DNA of 64,000 nucleotides, taken from Candidatus Altimarinota bacterium. Its GTDB lineage: Bacteria > Patescibacteriota > Gracilibacteria > UBA1369. Under the pieces are notes generated by a model. That model made no database searches. It saw only the letters and a program-made list of their open reading frames with translations, and was not told where the DNA came from. The translations under genes were made by a program, and so were the position numbers. Location of the stretch: contig OY782391.1 in assembly GCA_963677745.1 (NCBI GenBank), forward strand, positions 768,001 through 832,000. The letters run 5' to 3'. Shown one piece after another: positions 58,101 to 64,000 of the stretch. Within the stretch, counting starts at the first letter, position 1. Each line of letters starts with the position of its first letter.

Positions 58101-58807
58101 GGACGCCCGCCTGGAAGCCCGACATCAAGAAACTGGAAAACAAAGGTCCCAACTCCTTTTTTGCCGAATTGGACTGGCACGGAGGAGGAGCTTTTGATAC
58201 CGGCAACGCCAAAGTTAATCTGGACGTCAATCCGGACGGACGCATTCATTTTTTGATCCGCGCGCCCCATGTCGGTCCCGGAGGGGAAGATCAGCGCGAG
58301 GGGTATGTCAATGACATGGAACAGTTGCAGGAAATGCTCTCACATTGCCGGAACTGGTCCGAAGGCTATCACCGGCTGGAAGGCAGCGATGCTTTTGAAA
58401 CACAAACTACCCGGGAAAAAGTCTTTAGCGAACTGATGAACGGCAGCACTTTTGACAGGCTTTATCCCAAGATCGGTGAAAAATATCTGTTCAATAACTT
58501 CTCCTGGAGCGGTTATGCCCATATGTATCTGAACTGGGATGGAACGTCCAATATCTATGACCGTCACCGGGCCACCGCCAATCCCCTGCTGGAAGTTAAA
58601 TTGAACGCCGACAATACCATCAGCTGGAAACTGGTCAGCCGCACCGGTCCTGACGGCAGTGAAGTGGGGGTAGCCGGACAGGCCAGGGATATTGATGATT
58701 TGGGCAATCGTATTGCCCAGGTCAAGCGCAATCCCAAAGCTGCCATGACTGTTCCCGCCCAAAACCTGGTCAATCTGGGTGGAGCCGGATTCAACCTGTA
58801 TCTTTAG
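55169..58807 (+). CDS. 1212-aa repeat protein with SH3b-like module and Pro-rich linkers
   Basis: Two LNGYLYA...WDH...EDG..L repeats, VAARNANGGVIKEL...YIQVHLDGKAIWL module, PETPKT repeats, and two C-terminal L.W.G...N repeats. Confidence 0.85.
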   Translation: MFIRHQNQNSPLQPNRLVFQNYDMPRASTDKLDSQEFENKKQEIYQKKLDGLNVKIADLEKAGKDTQQIKDELKKEKEQLIIESINQALIDLKIETLDDQRRPVQATYDLMMKDFDPRIARRASNYRDALAVNYEKDVDKAVDDYFAQKGAATKKTQVALGALPAPTEQVDLKSANDETAKLQEVLSKSQETKSKAAEERAALSREVKQNYHTRMEIADRLTAPEGGIVDDYDDGWTGPETDSTASTRMRLNGYLYASDIFYGGSVSGEAAVNEAIQEAVPLYKSSMWDHIFKKTDLEDGLGLRSYINEATRFAPAANNRVIGTIAGLLKFTDRIAIDSKEYPFNRKYKEYLNSQFSKLKSFRDEEKQMEFLYTIRSFPEFIGSDLDWKGSFAQVQEKTDPNRVGDDVIDDYREASEGDKDNKDNKVRNTLNGYLYAAYVFGDKDQVAMDNEYKRAYNIYKHDATFGTILNWDHLTRKSQGTDGDEDGFDLKNWLDEAAPYSKFDDVRGFIAGVKKIAFDKLSDPAYTQYNNYLMGIIETLNPSQSRDAQMMTLSRIKSPDKFKEYQTSQEHENLVNMLIEATRQHNQFTPAPGTKEILALPMDQQNSDILKAEAAKNKIQMNSFILAHSGKARNDLDSKFKLLKDLNSKLPEPLYNTQELDPLDKNIRNNIDSFFKTETVVKEPDFSGAVYKGYLKDLSEAEGVYYSLAEELDAKLKEVDDQSKAPPKPNVVPVPVPGPGETEPNPEAKEEDEVLSNWKEAKNVTPELGDYVGALIVDSSSDTEKVAARNANGGVIKELDNRTEVTRTEEDKKVPGKEVKYQDASLTYIQVHLDGKAIWLPEQQLYKKEEYEIPAVPATPETPKTPETPKTPEKNAEVPRYSPSYFDGLFDRLKKEVATTPGGIPFELGYDGINAGCRVEKVGGGFNLNVNHAEAGSFVLTFKSLDEMRDYLETLQLRQYMAIASLNNRKNWERPSWTPAWKPDIKKLENKGPNSFFAELDWHGGGAFDTGNAKVNLDVNPDGRIHFLIRAPHVGPGGEDQREGYVNDMEQLQEMLSHCRNWSEGYHRLEGSDAFETQTTREKVFSELMNGSTFDRLYPKIGEKYLFNNFSWSGYAHMYLNWDGTSNIYDRHRATANPLLEVKLNADNTISWKLVSRTGPDGSEVGVAGQARDIDDLGNRIAQVKRNPKAAMTVPAQNLVNLGGAGFNLYL

Positions 58808-59889
58808 CGTCCGCTGAACATTTTGCGTAGCCGGATCAGCCAGTACCACAGCGGCTGATAGACTTTTTCCATGCCCGGGAAAAAATCCACTTTCCGTCCC
58901 CCGAATTTCAGTTTGAATTCTGTCACGCCGGCCCAGGCATGTTTCGAATCATAGTTATATTCCCCGTTTTCTTCCGCCAGCGGAGCGGTACCCAGAAAAT
59001 CATACCAGTCCTGGCCGTTCTTTTTAGCCTGTTTTACAGCTTCCCACTGCAGCAGATAGGGGGCCATGACATTGCGGTATTGATTGGCCGATGCTCCAAA
59101 ATAGTAAATGGCAAGGTTCTTGTAAAAAGTTACAATTATCCCTGCAATAAATTTCCCCTCATATTGGGCAAGATATAATTTCACCTGATCTTCTCCGAGC
59201 TTTTCCAGCATTTCCAGATAATAATTGGCCGGATGCCCGGAAAAGCTGTCGCGGCTGGTGGTTTCGGAGAGCAAAGTATAAAACTCCTTTACGGCATCCT
59301 GAAGCGGCAAATCGGTACCAGCCAACAGCACTTGTATGCCCTTTTTTTCGGCCAGTTTGATATTGTAACGGCCTTTCGGTTTCATCTGGGCCAGAATATC
59401 CTTTTCGGTTCCCCTTAAATCCAGCACCAGTGTCTGTTCCGGCTGGTAATGGGCATGGGCGGGTCGGAAACCGGTTTTCTTCCAGTCAAAAATCAGTTGT
59501 CTTCCCAGACCCTCCGGTCCGTGTTTGATCAGACCGGGTTCTACCCTTAAGAAAACCGCATTTTCCCGCTTGCCTAAACTCTGTAATTCTTGTAGAAGCA
59601 CATTTAACCGGTTTTCCGCCGATTTTTCATCATAATCCAGCAAAGGACCCTTGGGAAGATAAAGCCAGCACTTGCCAAAAGGCAGCTTCCTGCGCAAAAC
59701 CAGTGATCCCCCGCTTAAAATACCCTCCCTGAACAGTCCGATTATCCAAAAGCGCCATTCCGTGCCTCTGCCAGCCTGAAATTCCCCCCAACTGCTCAGC
59801 TGATGTAAGTCGGCAAGGCTGTGTGAAGCCACAAAAGCATCCCATTTTGGCCATTCCTCCTCTTTTAAAAGCCTTGCCTGATAGTCCAA
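58804..59889 (-). CDS. FemABX-family peptidoglycan peptidyltransferase
   Basis: WDAFV...QLSSWGEFQ, YLPKGP, KGRYNIKLAEKKG, YLLQWEA, YDFLG and FKLKFGG motifs. Confidence 0.92.
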   Translation of the reverse strand: MDYQARLLKEEEWPKWDAFVASHSLADLHQLSSWGEFQAGRGTEWRFWIIGLFREGILSGGSLVLRRKLPFGKCWLYLPKGPLLDYDEKSAENRLNVLLQELQSLGKRENAVFLRVEPGLIKHGPEGLGRQLIFDWKKTGFRPAHAHYQPEQTLVLDLRGTEKDILAQMKPKGRYNIKLAEKKGIQVLLAGTDLPLQDAVKEFYTLLSETTSRDSFSGHPANYYLEMLEKLGEDQVKLYLAQYEGKFIAGIIVTFYKNLAIYYFGASANQYRNVMAPYLLQWEAVKQAKKNGQDWYDFLGTAPLAEENGEYNYDSKHAWAGVTEFKLKFGGRKVDFFPGMEKVYQPLWYWLIRLRKMFSGR

Positions 59890-60011
59890 ATGTACTTGAA
59901 ATTAATGAGCACCATGCAGTATAAATAATAAGGATAGCAGCTTGGTAGTTGATTTTTAGCCAATTTATTGCTATCATATAGGGAAATAAGACAATTTAAA
60001 TCAAAATAAAT

Positions 60012-60392
60012 ATGAAAAGTCTCATTCAAAAAGCAAGCCTTGGTTTAACAACCATCGTTGGCAGCGCCCTTTACGGGATCAATGCTGTCATGGCTCAGAC
60101 CGGGTTTGGTGTAGATGCTCCTGAAAGCGTAAAGACCGCTACGGGTGGCGAAACCAGTGTCAGAGCTCTGATTCTGACCATCGTGAACTTCTTCCTGGGC
60201 TTCCTGGGTTTGATCGCCGTATTGATGATTATCTACGGAGGTATCCTGGTAGTTACTTCAGGAGGTGAAGCCGAAAAAGCCAAGAAAGGAAAACAGATTC
60301 TTATGTATGCCGCTATCGGTATCGTAATCATCTTGCTCTCTTTCGCTTTCGTATCAACCATCCTCAGCGCCGGTTCCGGTACAACAGCCTAA
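60012..60392 (+). CDS. TrbC/VirB2-like pilin
   Basis: Signal peptide ending VMA-Q, then IVNFFLGFLGLIAVLMIIYGG..TSGGE.EK.KKGK..L.YAAIG. Confidence 0.8.
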   Translation: MKSLIQKASLGLTTIVGSALYGINAVMAQTGFGVDAPESVKTATGGETSVRALILTIVNFFLGFLGLIAVLMIIYGGILVVTSGGEAEKAKKGKQILMYAAIGIVIILLSFAFVSTILSAGSGTTA

Positions 60393-60413
60393 ACGGCAGA
60401 AAATTGAGAATAG

Positions 60414-60442
60414 AGCGCCCCGCCGCACGGCGGGGCGCTTTT
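60414..60442 (+). terminator. Intrinsic terminator of the pilin gene
   Basis: AGCGCCCCGCC-GCAC-GGCGGGGCGCT-TTT. Confidence 0.8.
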
Positions 60443-60523
60443 AGTATGCGACTTCCGATTACCACGCAATCTATTGACACAATGGGGCTGATTAGTGCAT
60501 AATACTCTCCAAATTTAAAAAAT

Positions 60524-61723
60524 ATGTCTGATTTCCCCAAAAAAAGAACAGACGAAAATCCCTGGAGGGCAGGAGCCATTATCCTGACCGAACAGGGTAT
60601 GATTATTGAGAAAGACCGGAAAGATAAACACATCGAGGAAAACTTGCGACAACTGCGCCGTGAGGAGGAAAAACTTACTCCCGAGAAAGCTACCGAGGAG
60701 ACTCTTTATTTTCTGCACCAGGTAATCGAGGATTTTAGCACCGGACGTTACTCTCTTCCTGGAGGAAAATTGGAAGAAGTAGATTATAAAAAAGCCAGGG
60801 CCAGAGGAATTATGGACATGCCCAGAAAAGAGATGACTGAACGGGAATATCGGATGTTTGAGGATGTCGGGCGCGAAGCCGCGATCAGGGAAGTTGGTGA
60901 AGAGCTTGGTTTGAAGATCAATCGGAACTCGGCCAGGAGGGCCAAAGAGATTAACGGCAAAGACCGCAATCATCTTATTTATCTGCTTCATGTGACGGGT
61001 CTTAACCGGAGAATAAGGATTTTCCCTGATGAAATCGAAGGTGTCGGTTTTCTCCAGAGGGATGACGGAATGTCGGTTTTATCGATGGAAGGATGTTATG
61101 TGCAGCATCACTTGATCGAGATAGCCCGTGATTTTATGAATACGAAGGAAGCGCTGAGACTGGCCCGCTCCTATCAATCCGAAATCAGTGTGGACTCCCA
61201 TCTGGTTCAAGACTGGCTGGGGACGCTTGGTAACATCTATGGATTCCGTTATCTGCGGGCCGAGGAGAAGTCCCGGTACAGAATCCCGACGCCGCAAAAG
61301 TTGATTTCGAGTCCGGTTTTTTCCATATTAAGGGTGGATGTGCATAATAACAAAACAAAGCGGGTAATAGTCGATTTTAGAGACCCTCCCAGCTTTACCA
61401 GAGGTAAGAAGTCTGTATTCATTCCCCGTGATGCCGAACCCCCCGAGAAAATCAGCCGCAGAAAAAGACGCAAAAAAAAGTCCCACTGCATGCGGTCGCC
61501 TGTCTTGGACCGGGAGATTCCGGAGCAGTCGGAAATCCTCCGCAAGGAATCACCCGCAATACCCCAAATTGCTCAAGAAGCCCACGCTGGAATATCCACT
61601 GCCTTGACCATTGAATCAACCGGCCCCCGCACCGCTCTTTGGGCCGTGCTGTCAAATGACCGGTCCAATTTCATTTGCACTCCGGACGGCGAAATAAACT
61701 TCAAACCTGACAAAAACGAGTAA
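60524..61723 (+). CDS. NUDIX-domain protein with split Nudix box and basic C-terminal extension
   Basis: RAGAII...YSLPGGKLE...AAIREVGEELGL; promoter TTGACA-18-CATAAT at 60474-60503. Confidence 0.7.
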   Translation: MSDFPKKRTDENPWRAGAIILTEQGMIIEKDRKDKHIEENLRQLRREEEKLTPEKATEETLYFLHQVIEDFSTGRYSLPGGKLEEVDYKKARARGIMDMPRKEMTEREYRMFEDVGREAAIREVGEELGLKINRNSARRAKEINGKDRNHLIYLLHVTGLNRRIRIFPDEIEGVGFLQRDDGMSVLSMEGCYVQHHLIEIARDFMNTKEALRLARSYQSEISVDSHLVQDWLGTLGNIYGFRYLRAEEKSRYRIPTPQKLISSPVFSILRVDVHNNKTKRVIVDFRDPPSFTRGKKSVFIPRDAEPPEKISRRKRRKKKSHCMRSPVLDREIPEQSEILRKESPAIPQIAQEAHAGISTALTIESTGPRTALWAVLSNDRSNFICTPDGEINFKPDKNE

Positions 61724-61725
61724 AT

Positions 61726-61802
61726 TGGTCGGGGAGCCGGGACTCGAACCCGGGACCTCCTGGTCCCAAACCAGGCGCGCTAGCCAACTGCGCTACACCC
61801 CG
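61726..61802 (-). tRNA. tRNA-Pro(UGG)
   Basis: Reverse complement CGGGGTGTAGCGCAGTTGGCTAGCGCG-CCTGG-TTTGGGA-CCAGG-AGGTCCCGGGTTCGAGTCCCGGCTCCCCGACCA. Confidence 0.98.
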
Positions 61803-61980
61803 ATTGGCTTAACAATATTCTTTCAGCGACCTTCGTACACCTTTCCTTTCGCCGAAAAGCGCCTGAATTTTAAGGTATGCGGCAGTTCAAGTCAAACATT
61901 CGGCAGGCTTTTTTCCCCGGTTGCCGAAACCCTGCTGATCTGCGACAATACTTGGGAAAACAAATAGTTTTGCCAAAAAT

Positions 61981-62556
61981 ATGTATTTATCCGCCCGCCA
62001 AATTGCCGGAAGCAAGGTGTTTGATTCCGAAGGGCAGCCGGTAGGCCGTCTGGCCAGAATAATCTTGGATCCGTCCAATGGTCGGATTTTGGCATTTGAA
62101 TTGATTCAAAAAGGTGAGAAATATCTTTCACCGCGCGATGTGATTTCCTGGAAAAAGAACTATCTGGTGCTTGGACAGCAATATGAAATCCACACAGCGG
62201 CCGATCTGGTCAGGCTTCAGAAAGTGATCAGTCAGGGACGGCTGGATCTGCTGGGAAGGCCGGTTCGCACCGAAAGCGGCATCAAACTAGGAAGGGTTAC
62301 CGACTATAGCCTTCATTGCGATCATTTCATGTTGGCCAGCATTACCGTACAAAAAAGTTTTCTGGGTTTATGGTCATTCGACACCAGACTGATCCATCAG
62401 ACCAGCATCGTTGAGATCAAACCCCGCGAAATCATTGTCCATGATTCCCTGCTCAAACTCCCCGCCCGACAAGGTTCTCCCGATGAATTTGCCTTACAAA
62501 AGTCGCCCACTTTCGACCGGGCATTATCCGTTCCTGAAGACCGAACATCTCCTTGA
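61981..62556 (+). CDS. Tandem PRC-barrel domain protein
   Basis: IAGSKVFDSEGQPVGRLARIILD and LLGRPVRTESGIKLGRVTDY. Confidence 0.8.
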   Translation: MYLSARQIAGSKVFDSEGQPVGRLARIILDPSNGRILAFELIQKGEKYLSPRDVISWKKNYLVLGQQYEIHTAADLVRLQKVISQGRLDLLGRPVRTESGIKLGRVTDYSLHCDHFMLASITVQKSFLGLWSFDTRLIHQTSIVEIKPREIIVHDSLLKLPARQGSPDEFALQKSPTFDRALSVPEDRTSP

Positions 62557-62944
62557 AGGCGGCCGCACCTTCATGATCATAGCCGAAAATGTGCAGCAGC
62601 GAATGTACAAACAAAAATTCCAGCTCGTCTTTAAAACTAACGCCGTGTGCGGCCGCCTGTTTTCTTGCGGTTACGGGCTCGATAAATATTTCACCGACCA
62701 GATTGTCACCTGGAAAGCTTTGCTCCTTTAAAAACGAAAATGACAAAACATCAGTTACCCGGTCTTTGCTCCGGTATTGGCAGTTCAGCGAGCGGATTTC
62801 CGCCGGCGCGACAAAATACAATTCCAGCGCTCCCGTCAGTTTTGATTGCTTCAGTACTTCCTCAGTCCTTTTCAGCCAATAATCCAGGCGCAGTCGCGCC
62901 GGCAGTAAAACTTTTGTCTGATTTTCACGGTAAAGTTTTAGCAT
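62453..62944 (-). CDS. ybeY: rRNA maturation endoribonuclease YbeY
   Basis: LN.QYRSKDRVTDVLSF, GEIFI and HSLLHIFGYDH motifs. Confidence 0.95.
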   Translation of the reverse strand: MLKLYRENQTKVLLPARLRLDYWLKRTEEVLKQSKLTGALELYFVAPAEIRSLNCQYRSKDRVTDVLSFSFLKEQSFPGDNLVGEIFIEPVTARKQAAAHGVSFKDELEFLFVHSLLHIFGYDHEGAAAFKEMFGLQERIMPGRKWATFVRQIHRENLVGRGV

Positions 62945-62965
62945 CAGCTATTATTTCTCCCGCGG

Positions 62966-63685
62966 TTAGAGTTTTATTTGAGCGCTTTCTGCAGTCACGT
63001 TGTCGAGTTGTCCATAGTTGTCCACCAGTGACGAGGTCTGTCCTCCGGCCACAATTTTATTGGCATTTTCCAGAATTTTCAGAAATTCGTTTTTGTTGAT
63101 TGTTGAATCGGCCTCTTCTTTGGTTATCGTTTCCAGTATGCCATTTTGAACAGCCGTGGCCAGGTAACGGCTATACCACCAGCGGTCGCCGTCAAAGCTG
63201 AAAGCAAACCAGTTGTTCTGGGAAAGGTTTATTTCAAATTTTTCCTTCCAGTCCAGCATCCCGGAAGCCCCCATCGCCAGTTTAAGCGCTTCCACCCTGG
63301 TAATCGGTTGTTCGGGACGGAAAGGACTGTCTTCGGTCTGATAATAGCCCCTCACCAGGTCCAGCTTGGTGGCCAGATTAATTGATTTGTGAAAACGGTA
63401 AGCCGGATAAACATCAGGGTAGAGGATCAGCGGCTTGAACATTATCTTTTCAAAGTTGGTGCGCGATTCAAAGGCAAACAGGCAGGTTTCCAAATCCCGG
63501 TCACATTCATTCAAAAACAAATCGTTATTCTTTTCCAAATCAAAAAACTTCACAGCCAGATCGGTCGCTTCGCCTCTGGAGAGGGAATCGGCGGGAAATG
63601 ACTCGGCATTGCCCGTTCCCGGCCAGCTCAAAAGGGAAAAGAGGGCTGCCGATAAACAAAATGTTAATACGAAAATTTTCCTCAT
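62966..63685 (-). CDS. Secreted S-layer homology (SLH) domain protein
   Basis: Signal peptide; YPDV...LVRGY..FRPEQPITRVEALK and WYSRYLATAVQNGIL motifs. Confidence 0.8.
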   Translation of the reverse strand: MRKIFVLTFCLSAALFSLLSWPGTGNAESFPADSLSRGEATDLAVKFFDLEKNNDLFLNECDRDLETCLFAFESRTNFEKIMFKPLILYPDVYPAYRFHKSINLATKLDLVRGYYQTEDSPFRPEQPITRVEALKLAMGASGMLDWKEKFEINLSQNNWFAFSFDGDRWWYSRYLATAVQNGILETITKEEADSTINKNEFLKILENANKIVAGGQTSSLVDNYGQLDNVTAESAQIKL

Positions 63686-63779
63686 TTATTTTTGTTTTGC
63701 CTGCAGATTATAAACAACAAAGTAATTCTTCACAAGTTCACAATAGGGGATTGCTGTCCGGCCAAAATCCGTGCAACTG

Positions 63780-63985
63780 TCGATGGACAGACATGGACAG
63801 GGGAGTCGGCCTGTAGTCTTTTTAAAAAAGCGACTGTCTCCGTTTGTCCAGTGTTGTCGTCTACTGTCCAATAGACAGAAGTAGTCAGAATGAGCTGGGT
63901 TTGTGGCTTGTAATAAAGGTTTGACTATGTAGTGTCTACAGCTGTCTACCCGGGGTGACTACGGGTGTCTACACATGACTATATA
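63780..63985. repeat. Array of short TG(T/A)CTA(C/T)-like motifs in non-coding DNA
   Basis: Copies at 63922, 63933, 63943, 63956, 63966 and 63976, with degenerate copies upstream. Confidence 0.65.
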
Positions 63986-64000
63986 TATAGTGTAAAAAAC

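Noticed and set aside
1-64000. Genetic code 25 (UGA=Gly) as in Gracilibacteria/Absconditabacteria
   Set aside because: Conserved genes are uninterrupted under code 11, ftsA and murB end at TGA, and RF2 is present.

Overview
This is a chromosomal window from a Patescibacteria (CPR) genome, probably Peregrinibacteria-like. That placement is inferred from TrbC/VirB2-like pilins, the many orphan genes, AT-rich leaders without a Shine-Dalgarno (SD) on housekeeping genes, and standard code 11 with TGA stops and an intact RF2. Housekeeping genes are ftsA, ftsZ, murB, rarA, rnj, glyA, leuS, prfB, def, ybeY, a stand-alone 5'-3' exonuclease, a FemABX enzyme, a flippase, an RND pump, a U32 protein with ferredoxin, and tRNA-Thr, -Tyr and -Pro. 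No CRISPR array, integrase or transposase was seen. Five things stand out. (1) An 11 kb five-gene orphan cluster (47.6-58.8 kb) encodes two giant proteins without signal peptides, with coiled-coil, pre-toxin-like, SH3-like and repeat modules; one shares an MAPGD N-terminus with a distant muramidase, making this a candidate host-interaction or effector system. (2) Four self-contained GC-rich single-gene cassettes have their own promoters, structured UTRs and SD-like sites, and in two of them the 3' flank is complementary to the ribosome-binding region. (3) An RtT-like repeat follows tRNA-Tyr. (4) A 40-bp palindromic element occurs three times. (5) Two helically phased TGTCTAC-like arrays are present.
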